Counted from the first letter of the stretch, positions 35,064-47,089 are shown. The stretch is 64,000 bases of DNA from an uncultured Nitrososphaeraceae archaeon (GCA_963825865.1 CAWGVG010000036.1:32001-96000); one strand, 5' to 3'. A program made the numbers and translations. The notes: generated by a model not told the origin, from the letters alone.

Positions 35064-36199
35064 TCTGAGTGTTACTTTGTGTAAGTAACATACTCCTTAG
35101 AGTCGTTTCACTACTCAATGACATCCATACGTTGCGTATAAGAACAGAACGTGTATATGTAGTTGTAACGACGAAACAATAAGTTATAACTCTACCACTT
35201 TATAAATTGAATTACTATTATTTAATAGAAGTAAATTCAACAAATTTCATTTGTATAATGCAAATGATTTAAAACATCAATTATAGTTCCATCACATATG
35301 GGCAGTCATATTTTCTATAATAATCCTAAGTTCACGCTATCATTCTAATGGCCAGAAAATATGTCTTTAGGAATATCAAATTCCGTGTAACATTCTGGCA
35401 CCCATGAAAGCAACAGATTATCAGGAAGCGGTAAGTCAAACTCCATAATCTACTAAAGTTTTTGTCTATTTTATCGTGACCAATATCACCCTCATCTCCA
35501 AAGAGTGAGGCGTGGGTTTCAGATGAAAAGCTTCGATTCATTGCCCTGATAAACAACACTCATTACAAGGTCTAACTTCTTTAACATCAAAGTTAACCCC
35601 AACTTTCGCAACTCTTCCTGAGTCTAGCTATACCAAAAAGCCGGGGTCCTCAAAGGCTCCCCCTTACTCCACATTTCTAGATACTACCTTTCGAATTCTA
35701 CCTGTACTCATATCACATCTCTGCAAGCTTTCTGATGCAAATCATTTGGGTTGCAGTAGATGAAAGTAAAAGGGCATACCTTATTACAATAATAGAAACC
35801 TATAGTAGGTTCATTTAGAAATCCCGTATCAACATCGTGTTCGGACTGATAAATATTGTTCAAACCGGTTATAGAGTTTAATGGAGCTTTCATCTATGAT
35901 TAGAAAATGCTGCCTGCTCTTTCAATGTTACTTCCTTCCAATTGTGTTACTTTGCATATTATAAAATTCAGACAAAACGGCGTTCATAATGAATGCAGAT
36001 AGATATAGATATGTTTCACAGCTAGAAACTGCCTAAGAAAGACAAAGGACTGAAACGACTGAGTGAGTAGTTCTAAAAATATACATTTGTAGAAACCAAC
36101 AAGTTTAAACTGATGCTCCATATAAAAGTGGACCTGCATTTTTTACTAGATTACTTGTGATTTTTTGCGAATCTAGAGTAAGCCATAATTAACCTTTTA

Positions 36200-36835
36200 A
36201 TGCATTGTAATATAATGAATCTAAATTATCCATCGGTTGTGATAGCTATTGTCATAGGACTATCAGTGATATTTCCAAATTATGCACTAGCACAGACAAA
36301 AGAAGAAGAAGACGAAAGTCCAAATCCACCACAATTAATAGCAGATGCACAGCGTGATGGAGTTCCACCTGCACCACCTGCTGTTCCTGAATCAATTAAT
36401 CTAACAAAATGTCATGAAACTCCTGAAGGATTGATACATAATATTGCAAATGATTTGCTACCACGATTCAAAGTTGTACAGGACTGTGTTACAGTTACAG
36501 GTAAAGTAACTTTGGTTCATACACCTTCAGATGGAGATACAGTTTTTGCACTCAAGCTCGATAAACCATTTTCAAGCATGGTTACCCCAGTCAATATCAA
36601 ATCGCCTAAAATGCACGGTGGTATTTGGGTAGAAATGATATGTCAAAGACCAAATACAAGCAATGATCCTATACATAAAGGAGATTGTTCAAAACCTGAT
36701 GAAATAAAGGAGTTTCATTGGCTCACACCAAAAGTAGGAGATCATTTGTCAGTTACAGGCAGATATCAACAGGATATTAGAGAAGGAGGTCATATGGAAA
36801 TTCACCCGACTTCAGATGTGACTATTATAAAATGA
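36200..36835 (+). CDS. Secreted hypothetical protein, OB-fold-like
   Basis: Signal peptide; CVTVTGKV...SDGD...LKLD...VEMIC...PKVGDHLSVTG...MEIHP. Confidence 0.7.
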   Translation: MHCNIMNLNYPSVVIAIVIGLSVIFPNYALAQTKEEEDESPNPPQLIADAQRDGVPPAPPAVPESINLTKCHETPEGLIHNIANDLLPRFKVVQDCVTVTGKVTLVHTPSDGDTVFALKLDKPFSSMVTPVNIKSPKMHGGIWVEMICQRPNTSNDPIHKGDCSKPDEIKEFHWLTPKVGDHLSVTGRYQQDIREGGHMEIHPTSDVTIIK

Positions 36836-37291
36836 GTATACAATATAAGCATACCAGCTTGTATGCACTGCTTGGATTTTGTTGACTTTTCAGGTGTTTA
36901 AAGACTTGAAATATTTTTACTGATCCATAACTATATAGTTACAAGCTAAACCAAAAGCATCTAGAGCTTAACTTTCACATATAACTGAATGTTCTCTACA
37001 CTTCATCAAACAAAGCAATTTTTGTTATTTTTGCTTATCAGAGTTGAGATACTTACAAAAGTGGATAGACATCCCTAAAGATTCTTATAGAGTTATGATC
37101 GCTAGTTGATAAAAAAAGCTAGATATTCTATGGCAATATTTTCAGTGGTTGTAATATCTTTTGGATTTAAGTGCCATTGCTACCGTTAATCCTACAGCTA
37201 ATGTTGCAATCATTAGGACAGCAACTATTGGTCTTAGACTTGTCATATAAGATGATGCTGAAGGAGGCTCGGCGGCAATGGCAGCTTTTTT

Positions 37292-37729
37292 TTACCTATC
37301 AATATTTCTTAATTTGGATATGTGAGGAATTCGTGGTACCAATACAGCAAACGCTATTGCAACTATGGCCATAAAATAAAAGTTAAATCCTATTGCCATG
37401 CCTATTGAAGCTGCAAACCATATAGCTGCTGCAGTTGTCAAGTTAGTTATTCTTTCATCTGCTTCACTTTTCAAAATAATACCTGCACCAAGAAACCCAA
37501 TTCCGGATACAAGCTGAGCGGCTATTCTTGATGACGAATTCGGATCAACATGAGCCGATAGATATGTAAAGATCATGGAACCTCCAATCACAAAACAATG
37601 GGTGCTTATACCAGCAGGTTTACCTCTGGATTCTCTCTCAGCGCCTATTAGAAACCCAGCAAGTAGCGAAAGTCCAATATTGATTAAGAAATCAAGTTCA
37701 TATCCTCTCAATAAGTCCGCTGGTAACAA
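37292..37729 (-). CDS. mgtC: MgtC/SapB family membrane protein
   Basis: IGAERESRGKPAGISTH, SRIAAQLVSGIGFLGAGII, NLTTAAAIW. Confidence 0.9.
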   Translation of the reverse strand: MLPADLLRGYELDFLINIGLSLLAGFLIGAERESRGKPAGISTHCFVIGGSMIFTYLSAHVDPNSSSRIAAQLVSGIGFLGAGIILKSEADERITNLTTAAAIWFAASIGMAIGFNFYFMAIVAIAFAVLVPRIPHISKLRNIDR

Positions 37730-37829
37730 TGATGTATGACAAAATAAAAGTCATTGTTATAACAATTTTTTGTTTTCTCGTGTGATGTAAACCCATCTAA
37801 ACTGAAGGAACAGGGAGTAATAATCTGAA

Positions 37830-38060
37830 AATATCCTAACTAAAGAAATAGAGTCATGTAAAGGTTTTGTAGATAGTTTGAATTCGAAAGAGCACAAGGA
37901 AATATTCAATAAAATGCTAAATGATTGCTACAAATATTCTACAGCTATTAATACTAAAATACAGCCATTTCCTTCAGAACCATTAATCATGGCCTTACTA
38001 TTGTCGCAGCATAAAATGATTGATTGGTTAACTGATCAAATCAAGCTGCGTCAAAAATGA
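37830..38060 (+). pseudogene. Small hypothetical protein, paralogue of 49429-49641
   Basis: NILTKEIESCKGFVDSLNSKEHKEIFNKMLNDCY...SEPLIMALL; no clear start. Confidence 0.55.
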
Positions 38061-38099
38061 GGGATTTTTGCTACGAGTCAGGAACAAAACCAAACCAGA

Positions 38100-38909
38100 G
38101 ATAATAGAAATAATATCGAACCTGAGGTTCTAAAACAAGGTGATATCTATTTCTTTTACAGGCCCAAGAAGATGCGGATGAGGTAAAAGGTATTGGGGAT
38201 ATTAGACGCTTTTTTATGGTTACTGCCCCTGAAAAATCAGAAAATACTAAGAGAATGGTGACAAAAATCAGTTTTATAGGTTATTTGTCATTGGCAAAAA
38301 ATCACTACCAGAGATTAGAAAGAGTGAAGCCAGAGCATCTGAGCGGTATTGGGCGAGGGTAGGCGGGATTTTCAATGATCCTAATGAGCTTACAAAAGAT
38401 CTCTTGTCAGATGAGTTTAGTAAAGGTGACGTAGCTAGACCTGTAGGGGAGGGAAAATATGCTATAGTGAGATATCGTAACCATGCAGAATTAGCATATA
38501 TTTTGGAAATGCCAAAAGAACCTGGTGAAGCTCAAAAAGAACTAGGTATCGCAAAGGAAGCAAGCAATGTGATTTCAGTTATTAATCCTAAAAAAAGGCC
38601 AGCCCCAACAGGTTATCCAAGCACTGAAGAACAACCAAAATATCCACCGGAGGTGTTAAACGAATTTAATGAGACTGAGAATTTCGCATCTCTTGCTAAG
38701 GATACAAAATTTATAGACTACCAGAATGCACAGATAATACAATTGGTGCAAGGGAAGGAAGGGATGTAATAAAGAATGAGATTGGCATAGAAATAGGGGA
38801 AATAGATCAATCGCAGCAGGACTCTTCACAAGCAGACACATTTAATAAACTCAAGATAAGAAAGGACCAGGTCCCTATAAGACCACTTACTGAAGGAAAA
38901 TTAGAATGA
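38100..38909 (+). CDS. Conserved-looking hypothetical protein, multiply frameshifted
   Basis: GDIYFFYRPK, RRFFMVTAPE, YRLFVIGKKSLPE, ARPVGEGKYAIV, PIRPLTEGKLE across frames; start approximate. Confidence 0.6.
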
Positions 38910-39179
38910 TGTATATATGTTACTAATAATGCTAACATAACAGTATTGTTGTGAATTGCAACACTTTCACTATTGTCGGTGATCGATTTTTGCAGATTCT
39001 TTGGCTTTATGAGGGCTAATCAGGTAGACCCAATATGTACTTGCAAGATCCTAAAGATGTCCTATAAGAATTGTTATATTTTTTATTACTGTGATTTTCA
39101 AAATGATATCAAAAAGAAAGAAAAAGTTGGATATATGCGTTGAGCATATATTATATTTTTCCACAACTCTTCAGCAATA

Positions 39180-40040
39180 TCATCCTTCTATTGGTGGTGC
39201 AAACTTTATTCCAATCTCTACTAGCCGTGATTTTAGGGAAAGACCAGTATACACATCAATGGATTGTGCTCCACTTAGGATTCTATTCATTAGTTGCTCT
39301 GTCATTGTGCCGGTTGTAAGTATTTTGCATAGGTCTACAACTGTCAATTTTTGAGGTGGTGATGGGAACACGCTTAGGGCAGCCGCTTCAAAATCGTCGA
39401 TCTGTTTTTGTGAAAGTACACTTGTGAAAGTTTGTTGGCAAGATTGGAGAGTACTAACAGGTGCAAACTTTATTCCATTCCCTACTAGCCGTGATTTTAG
39501 GGAAAGACCAGTTTGCACATCAATGGATTGTGCTCCACTTAGGATTCTATTCATTAGTTGCTCTGTCATTGTGCCGGTTGTAAGTATTTTGCATAGGTCT
39601 ACAACTGTCAATTTTTGAGGTGGTGATGGGAACACGCTTAGGGCAGCCGCTTCAAAATCGTCGATCTGTTTTTGTGAAAGTACACTTGTGAAAGTTTGTT
39701 GGCAAGATTGGAGAGTGCTGCCGCCATTACCGCCGCCGCCATTACCGCCCCCTCCTCCTTTACCATGATCGCCTCCTCCTCCTCCTTTACCATGATCGCC
39801 ACCACCGCCATTACCGCCGCCCGGATGAACGCCACCTACCGCCACCGCCGCCCGGATGATCGCCACCGCCGCCCGGATGAACGCCGCCACCATTACCACC
39901 CTTACCATCGTTTTGTGCTCCTATGTTTGGTAAAGGAAATACTGATTGTGCTGATGCTGCTGCTAATGTTCCTCCTACTACTAATGTTGCTGCCATTAAG
40001 ATAGGCAGCTATTTCTGTTAATAGTACTTGTGTTGTTCAT
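39180..40040 (-). CDS. Secreted Gly-rich protein with two 88-aa tandem domains (frameshifted)
   Basis: ATG 40040 MNNTST, then MAATLVVGGTLAAA signal, GGGGDHGK repeats, duplicated TLQSCQQTF...GIKFAP domain. Confidence 0.75.
39196..39716. repeat. Near-perfect 264-bp tandem duplication
   Basis: 39196-39452 matches 39460-39716 with only a few substitutions. Confidence 0.95.
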
Positions 40041-40064
40041 AAGTTTTGTCACAAAGCATTACAA

Positions 40065-40480
40065 TGATTATATATATTTGACTTGAGTCAGTCGATGCTG
40101 ATTTGTTTTATATTAATATCGAGAATATCAAATGAGGTGGAGTTATTCATTTATCTATTGTTGGTATATTATCGCAATCTGTTATTACTATATAATAGAT
40201 TATAAAGAATGTAATTGGAGAAAATATTATTTTATCTAAACATACAAATCAAACTGACAATTGTACCTTTTGGTTTAATAAATGGAATCTCGTTTTTTGT
40301 GATTTTATGAGTAATCATTGCAGTTAAAAGGATTTTATACAGTTAAGGACATCTGCCAAGAATGCATTCATACAAATGTAATTATAGATGCAATAAACTA
40401 ATTACACAATATAATACTATAATAATTTAATACAATCTGCTATCAAAAACCTTTTAGCTGTAGGTGTAGTACATTGTACT
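40065..40480 (-). promoter_or_regulatory. Dispersed upstream element, copy B (long)
   Basis: Core CTCAAGTCAAATATA at 40073-40087 (minus); alignable by eye with 51160-51700 over most of its length. Confidence 0.75.
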
Positions 40481-40513
40481 AGTCTGACGAGTAGTACTAT
40501 TGTTGCTACTACA

Positions 40514-40708
40514 ATGGATATGACTATAAAATTAGGAATCACTTTACCTAAATCAATAATACAGAAAATCGACAATAAGCGTGGCGATACTCCCAGGAGC
40601 AGGTATATTCGACGAGCAATTGAAAGTTGCCTTGGTGGTAATAATAAAGACATAGACAGTATTGACAACAAAGCGACAACATCCGTCAAAAAAAGTAGGA
40701 GGAAATAA
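40514..40708 (+). CDS. Ribbon-helix-helix (CopG-like) protein
   Basis: KLGITLPKSIIQKIDNKRGDTPRSRYIRRAIE. Confidence 0.75.
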   Translation: MDMTIKLGITLPKSIIQKIDNKRGDTPRSRYIRRAIESCLGGNNKDIDSIDNKATTSVKKSRRK

Positions 40709-40712
40709 GAAA

Positions 40713-41129
40713 ATGAGCGGAATTGAAAGTAATATTATGCCATTTGTAGGTACTATTGGTTTTGGTGGTATAGCAGGTTTCTTGATTGGTTTCGCTTTAA
40801 AACGGATAATGAAAATACTAGCTGTAATAGCAGGAGTGTTTTTGCTGCTCTTATTGTATTTGGAATCTCAAGGAATAATGAACATACACTGGGATAAGCT
40901 GCAAGCAATATCAAATAGTATTCTATCAACAATTACCACAACGGCAACAACAAATGCAACGTCAACAAGTGGAGGAGGAGTAGGGTCAATTCAAGCTATT
41001 TTAGGCAATAACTCAACTGCAGCTGCTGCTACTCATATCTTACCTATAACGTCCACAATGGCAAACCTGGGTATTCCTTTGACTGGTAGTACGGCAATGG
41101 GATTTACAATTGGCCTATTAAAAGGTTAA
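40713..41129 (+). CDS. FUN14-family membrane protein
   Basis: GTIGFGGIAGFLIGFALKRIMK...LYLESQGIMNIHWDKL...GFTIGLLKG. Confidence 0.85.
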   Translation: MSGIESNIMPFVGTIGFGGIAGFLIGFALKRIMKILAVIAGVFLLLLLYLESQGIMNIHWDKLQAISNSILSTITTTATTNATSTSGGGVGSIQAILGNNSTAAAATHILPITSTMANLGIPLTGSTAMGFTIGLLKG

Positions 41130-41194
41130 AGGGAAACTTACTGTGACTTCAAAATGAATTTATATAATAAATAAATTCAATCGAGTGCTTTTTT

Positions 41195-41737
41195 TTAAGG
41201 AAATGGTATTGGTAGAACGAAAGGTATTGTATCTTTTGCAGGATGATGAGTCTCTTTATTATGTATGCAGATAATAATATCACCACTACTACATTTGTTG
41301 TGATCAGCAACAGCAGCATTAGCAGTAGTAGTAGCATTTGCTTGTTGCAATAATACTACTGGAAATGTACCTGGCTTTAATGTAACAGTATTACCTGGAG
41401 ATTGTGCACCTGGAAATGAGCTTTGAGGCGATACATTATTGCCGCTTGCACTACTCGTAAAATCTTTTGCAAAAATAGTTCCAACAATGTCATTTATTAC
41501 ATCTTTTATAATTGTCAATGTAGTTGAGGGTTGTGGTGTTGGCAGTGGTATTTGAGTAGTAGTGGATATAATTTTCTCTTGTGAACAAGTTGTATTGTTG
41601 CCTGGATGAGGTACATATCAGGTTGTGTGGTTGTGGTGTAAATGATGTTGCTGCTCTGCTGATAATGATCCTGTTGTAAAGATAAGAACAACTACTATCA
41701 CTAATGCTAGATCTCTTATAGTAGTCGTGTTGTTCAT
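41195..41737 (-). CDS. Secreted CTHP-motif protein with beta-sandwich-like domain (frameshifted)
   Basis: MNNTTTIRDLALVIVVVLIF signal; reconstructed QPHNLICTHPGNNTTCSQEK; TLTIIKDVIND...SFPGAQSPGNTVTLKPG; ends PFVLPIPFP. Confidence 0.7.
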
Positions 41738-41754
41738 GTATCCTCAAACAATAT

Positions 41755-41985
41755 ATCTATATATTTGGCTTGGGTAAGTAAGTGCTATTTGTTATTGCTG
41801 ACTTATTTAGCATATTTATTTAGAATATCAAATCAATTGAAATTATTCATTTAACTAATAATACTGTAATATGGCAATGTGTTATTACTAAATAACAAAG
41901 AGTAAAGAATATGATTTGAGAAATTAATATTTTATATGAATGTGCGATTCTATCTAGTAATTCTACCTTTTAATTTGATAGACGT
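41755..41985 (-). promoter_or_regulatory. Dispersed upstream element, copy C
   Basis: Minus strand AAATAAGTCAGCAATAACAAATAGCACTTACTTACCCAAGCCAAATATATAG upstream of ATG 41737. Confidence 0.75.
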
Positions 41986-42147
41986 GGTTATCATCATCAT
42001 CATTATTATTATTATCTACTTTAAGATAAAAACAATTCCAGTAATAGGAATCTGTAACTCTTCAATCGGTTCTGTTCATATTATTATGCATCGATCCAAA
42101 TTCAGTGGTTTATGAAAGAAAAAAAAGGTTTGGTAGTAAAAGAACTA

Positions 42148-42678
42148 TCACCATATACTGAATTTGTCGCCGTTGTGGGGATCTTTGTCGCCGCCGTTAT
42201 CGCCGCTGTCTCTGCCGCTGCTGCTGTCTCTGCCGCTACCGCCGTTGTCGTTACTGACAACAGAAGCTTCACTTCCGTCTTGTGAACAAGTTGCACTTGG
42301 ATGAGTACAGATAACATTTGAAGCCTCTTGTTCTAGTGTGTTATGTGACCCACGGACTTGCCCATTTTGTGTGGTTGCCTGGATGGTTTCTGTGTTACCG
42401 TTCCCGTAAATTCCTTTAGATTGTCTTACTTTCTTGTAGCTATTTTCGCCTCCTTTCATGTAGGTATCTTGTCTTTGTTTCTTGTAACCATCTTGTTTAT
42501 CTTTCTTGTAGCTATCGTCTCCTCTTTTCTTGTAGCTATCGTCTCCTCTTTTCTTATAGGAATCTTGCTTCCACGCAAATGCTGAATGGCCTGTTGTCAT
42601 TGCTGCGGATGTTCCGCCTACTACTAATGTTGCTGCTGTTAAGACAGCAACTATTGCTAGAATTCGTGTATTGTTCAT
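42148..42678 (-). CDS. Secreted CTHP-motif protein with DSYKK repeats
   Basis: MNNTRILAIVAVLTAATLVVGGTSAA signal; DSYKKRGD repeats (24-bp tandem repeat 42502-42549); EQEASNVICTHPSATCSQDG. Confidence 0.8.
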   Translation of the reverse strand: MNNTRILAIVAVLTAATLVVGGTSAAMTTGHSAFAWKQDSYKKRGDDSYKKRGDDSYKKDKQDGYKKQRQDTYMKGGENSYKKVRQSKGIYGNGNTETIQATTQNGQVRGSHNTLEQEASNVICTHPSATCSQDGSEASVVSNDNGGSGRDSSSGRDSGDNGGDKDPHNGDKFSIW

Positions 42679-42704
42679 ATGTATTTTCGTCACCAAGCAT
42701 TACG

Positions 42705-42940
42705 ATCGTTCTATATATTTGACTTGAGTAAGTAAGTGCTATTTGTTATTGCTGACTTTATTACTATAATTATTGGGAATATCAAATGAGATGTAGTTAC
42801 ACATTAAATTATTATCAGTATTTTATGGGAATCACTTACTACCATACGATAGAGTGCAAAGAAAATGATTTGAGAAAATATTATTTCATTTGAACGTGCT
42901 ATTCAAACTGTGAATTGTACCCATTAATTTGGCAGATGTA
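42705..42940 (-). promoter_or_regulatory. Dispersed upstream element, copy D
   Basis: Minus strand AAAGTCAGCAATAACAAATAGCACTTACTTACTCAAGTCAAATATATAG. Confidence 0.8.
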
Positions 42941-43751
42941 CTGTTCTATACGCGCACAGAGGCAAGGTTAGCGTTATTCCTTAGTGAGTGTGCTGCATAT
43001 GCTGAGGAGGAGGATGATGGTATAATGAAAGACAACACACGAATATTAGACTGCATTATCTAGCTGAGATGGATAAAGCCTGTAATTGTGATGATGTATA
43101 TAACTAATCATTGTTAACATAACAGTACCTGTAAGACTTGCAACATCTTTAATGTCTGTGTGGGCGATGTGATGCATTCCTTAATTATTGTCGTGACTTT
43201 CAAATTATAACATGAGCCAAACCCGTGATTATTATTAATTAAGAGTTATTGATAACATTGATTGAATAACATTTACTGCACATAGAACACTATAGTTATA
43301 ATCATAGTCTTTAAAGATATAATATTGAAATTATCATATTGGAAAAAGAGGGGAAGAGTTCCTGTGTTGTCCATATAGATTTCGATTATTCTCTCCCCCT
43401 CTCTAATCTCTTTAATCTCTGCTGAACAGCCTTTTAGTTAAATCCTTAAATTTTTATATGAAATAACAGCAAAGAAATCTGACAAACCATTTGAAAACAA
43501 AGGTGGCTACAGGATATTTGGGATGGCTTTTGTAAGGTTCTGTTGTTGTTGCTGTCATAAAAAACATGTTATTAATTATAAAATTACAACATTTGTCTCG
43601 ATCATTACGATGGATTCAATTAAAGACATAAGGGCCATTCTTACTTCATTCTCTAAAGCCCTCGCATTCGCACTTATTTATTTAGAGAGAACAATCTAGT
43701 GGCATAACAGGTTCAGAAAGCTATTGTGAGAAATGAAATTTATTCAGGATA

Positions 43752-44138
43752 ATGAAACAGCAAAAAATGATGAGTGACCAAAATGTGGTAGATGCTTTGA
43801 AATTTGGCAAGGAACTACCTCACCTTAAAGACCAATTCCTACTATTAGTTGAGGAAATAGACAGCCTTGAGTATAAAAGAAATGGTCTCAGAACTGTTTT
43901 ATCGGCTTTGCAAAATCAATATCTGCAAAGGGATTCATTTAAATCCTTTCAATCGATATTAGACCAAAAAATACAAAATATAGCAGAGACAGATAAAAAA
44001 TTAGCACAGTTAGAGAATATCAAGAATAATGACAAAGATTATCAAAAAATTGAACAGGTAGCTGAACAAAAAGCAAATGATATTTTGAACAATAAAAAAG
44101 CAGTAGTATTAGCGAGCCGTTATTGCCGTTTTAGGTGA
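43752..44138 (+). CDS. Coiled-coil hypothetical protein (probably a fragment)
   Basis: 128-aa heptad-rich ORF. Confidence 0.5.
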   Translation: MKQQKMMSDQNVVDALKFGKELPHLKDQFLLLVEEIDSLEYKRNGLRTVLSALQNQYLQRDSFKSFQSILDQKIQNIAETDKKLAQLENIKNNDKDYQKIEQVAEQKANDILNNKKAVVLASRYCRFR

Positions 44139-44701
44139 CTCTTTCTATCCAATAAATAATAATGGTGTTGTAGAAATATTGGGCCAAAATGATGTCATCA
44201 TCATCAGCAAATCCGGAAAATTATCTTTCTATGTCATTCCATCATAAAGAGATACTGAAAATAGCTGATGGAGTTTATGACAATTTGTTAAAGGTCGTTG
44301 TTAACGATACGATATATCCTCTCGCCCACTGATAGACTTTTACTTGTACCATCTGTAAAAGTCACAAGACATTACTGCTGTTGGTATCATAGCCTTAGTT
44401 TTCATAATATGCGATAGACGCTACCAAAGAAAAAGGAAAAGTAAAACGGAGATGACGATAATATGGATCCATAAGGAAAAGGGATCTAAATGAAAAATAT
44501 AGTCCCAGTGGTTCTACATAACGTTCCGTGAAAGTCAGCAGATCCTTCATAAAAGTTTAAATAAAATCTCCTGTTCCTTCCACTCCAATGAATCAAAAAA
44601 CAACATTATTAGTATTGAGGGATGATGGCAATTATTAACTAATCTATGCATAATCACTATACAAGGTAAAAAGGATTGTTATTACTCTCCCATTTTAGAT
44701 A

Positions 44702-45241
44702 ATGACAATTTTTATGGTACTCATAATAATAATAAGAATAATCAGCACTACCATTCTCAATCTTCCTCACCCTCTCCTGTTCGTTCCTCTACAAAATCAC
44801 GAATCAAATACTATCGATATAAAAACAGCAAAGGAGCCACTTTACAAAAGAATCCTTATTGTAGATGATAATGCTGATACCACTTTTACCTACAAGTTAG
44901 GTTTAGAAACGTATTATGAAGGTTATGAGGACGACAATGAAAACAAAATAAGATTTCAAGTATACACATACAATAACCCTTTAGTAGCGTTATCAGAATT
45001 CAAACTAAACTTTTACGATCTATTGGTAATTGATATTAACATGCCTTATATCAATGGCCTTGAATTTTGTCAAAAGATATCATAGTTAGATGTCAACCTT
45101 AGAGTTTGCTTTATGACTGCAGGAGAAGCAAATATTGAAGCGTTAAGAGAGGTATATCCAAATGTAAGTTTAGGATGTTTTATAAAAAAGCCAGTTTCAA
45201 TAGAATATTTGGTTAAAAGATTATCGGCAGAATTGGATTAA
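44702..45241 (+). pseudogene. Response regulator receiver with in-frame TAG
   Basis: ILIVDDNAD, IDINMPYINGLEF, TAG at 45083-45085, then in frame LDVNLRVCFMTAG...FIKKPVS. Confidence 0.8.
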
Positions 45242-45500
45242 TGTAAGGTTGTAGCATGGTAGTAGCATTAAAAACATCATCATGATCTCATTATCTTAGC
45301 CTTAACATTGAGCATATGTGCTCCAATGTCTGTTAAAAATTATGTATCTATAAACAGTGCTCTTGACAAATCATAAGGTGTTTTTACTAAAGTAGTTTAG
45401 CGACTTTTGACACTACAATTTCTTGAAAGTCTAGCGTAATTGGTCAAGATAGATAGAGGCTAGACATAGAGAGTGACATAGAGGAGGAGATAAAAAAACA

Positions 45501-45881
45501 ATGAAAAATAATAGAATCTTGATAGTAGATGATGAAAACGATATTAATTTGCTATTCAAGATGGTTTTAGAGGATAATGGATTTAAAGTTGATACATTTA
45601 ACGATCCCCTAATAGCACTACAGAATTTTACAGCTGGTTCTTACGATTTACTACTTTTGGATATGTTAATGCCAAAGATGAATGGCTTTGAGTTATATCA
45701 AAAAATTAGAATGATAGATGATAAGGTTAAGATATGCTTTTTGACAGCAAGTGGAATAGACCATGACGAGTTAAAAAAGAGAGCAACTATTGCTAGCATA
45801 AATGATATTGAAAACTGTTTTATTATTAAGCCAATTGAAAATGAAGAGTTGATAAATAGAGTAAAGGCACAATTATCGTAG
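45501..45881 (+). CDS. Stand-alone response regulator receiver protein
   Basis: ILIVDDEND, LLDMLMPKMNGFEL, CFLTA, IIKP. Confidence 0.92.
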   Translation: MKNNRILIVDDENDINLLFKMVLEDNGFKVDTFNDPLIALQNFTAGSYDLLLLDMLMPKMNGFELYQKIRMIDDKVKICFLTASGIDHDELKKRATIASINDIENCFIIKPIENEELINRVKAQLS

Positions 45882-46036
45882 TTGTACTACGACTAGACTG
45901 AAAATACTACCAAAGCTGCCAACCGATCTCTTGTAAAAATGGTAAAACTAATTACTTTAAAATTAACTTAGTTAAATAGCTTAGCAACCTTCATTAGGAA
46001 TCACAGGAATCAAATTTTGCTGTTACAGATATAAAA

Positions 46037-46813
46037 ATGTCATCTATTATACCTATATCACTTACTAGCGGTAAAACTCTAAATTTACAAATTAAAAAAA
46101 GTAACAGGGCAAAACAACTTTGGCTCAAAGCAAATGTTCATGGAATGTATATTGTTGTTCCGACAACTATAGACTATGAAATAAATGATATACTAAATTT
46201 TATCGATGGTAAAAAGAAATGGCTTCAAAGACAATCTGATTATTATGAAAGATTAAAGAGTAAATATAATAATCCAGATGTTTTTAAGCTAGGTGGTCAT
46301 GGGGATGATAATACAATTTCCTTTCTCGGTACAAAATATCTTTTTGATCTTATCAAAGATAAAACATCATCATATATTATAAGATCAGATAATCTAAAGA
46401 AAATAACTTTCCATATTACTGTTGATAAACGTAAATACAAAGACCATGTAAAAAAATGGTATCAAACACAAACAGCAAGGATAATATCTGATCGGCTTCC
46501 TTTAATAATCAGTAACAAATTGAATCTTCTGCTACCTGCATTAGTAGCACCTTTTTATTATAACAAAATTTCAATAAAGGACCAAAATTCAAGGTGGGCT
46601 AGCTGTTCTACAAAAAGAAATTTGAACTTCAATTTATTTTTGGCTGCCCTTCCAGTTGAAATAATAGATTATGTGATTATTCATGAACTTGTACATTTAG
46701 TTGAGCTTAATCACTCGAAAAAGTTCTGGAACCTAGTTGGATTGGCAGATTTAGAATATAAAAAACATAGAAAATGGCTGCAAAGATATGGTTCTTTAGT
46801 AAAGATACCATAA
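46037..46813 (+). CDS. YgjP/DUF45-like (M48-type) zinc metalloprotease
   Basis: RWASCS, LNFN, IDYVIIHELVHLVELNHSKKFW (HExxH). Confidence 0.9.
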   Translation: MSSIIPISLTSGKTLNLQIKKSNRAKQLWLKANVHGMYIVVPTTIDYEINDILNFIDGKKKWLQRQSDYYERLKSKYNNPDVFKLGGHGDDNTISFLGTKYLFDLIKDKTSSYIIRSDNLKKITFHITVDKRKYKDHVKKWYQTQTARIISDRLPLIISNKLNLLLPALVAPFYYNKISIKDQNSRWASCSTKRNLNFNLFLAALPVEIIDYVIIHELVHLVELNHSKKFWNLVGLADLEYKKHRKWLQRYGSLVKIP

Positions 46814-46909
46814 ATATATAGAATAGTAACACTAGACTATTTATTAAAAAAAATACAATGTAGCATATAATATTTATATTGGCTCTTATAATATTTATAG
46901 TAAAGTAAG

Positions 46910-47089
46910 ATGGAAACAGGAGGAATTATAACATTAATGTATAACAAAGAATCATGCAAAGCATGTGGAACTTATCTGACTTCTGTTTCATTGTGTAATA
47001 TCTGCAAGGAACAAATTTCATGGGTGTGTGGTAAATGTGATAGAATGTATGATGTAACTCATGCGCACAATGTACTGGTTCTAAAATAA
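46910..47089 (+). CDS. Small multi-CxxC zinc-binding protein, 59 aa
   Basis: METGGIITLMYNKESCKACGTYLTSVSLCNICKEQISWVCGKCDRMYDVTHAHNVLVLK read by hand. Confidence 0.75.
   Translation: METGGIITLMYNKESCKACGTYLTSVSLCNICKEQISWVCGKCDRMYDVTHAHNVLVLK

Noticed and set aside
45083-45085. In-frame TAG in a receiver gene as pyrrolysine readthrough
   Set aside because: No pyl genes in the window; a point mutation or base-call error is simpler
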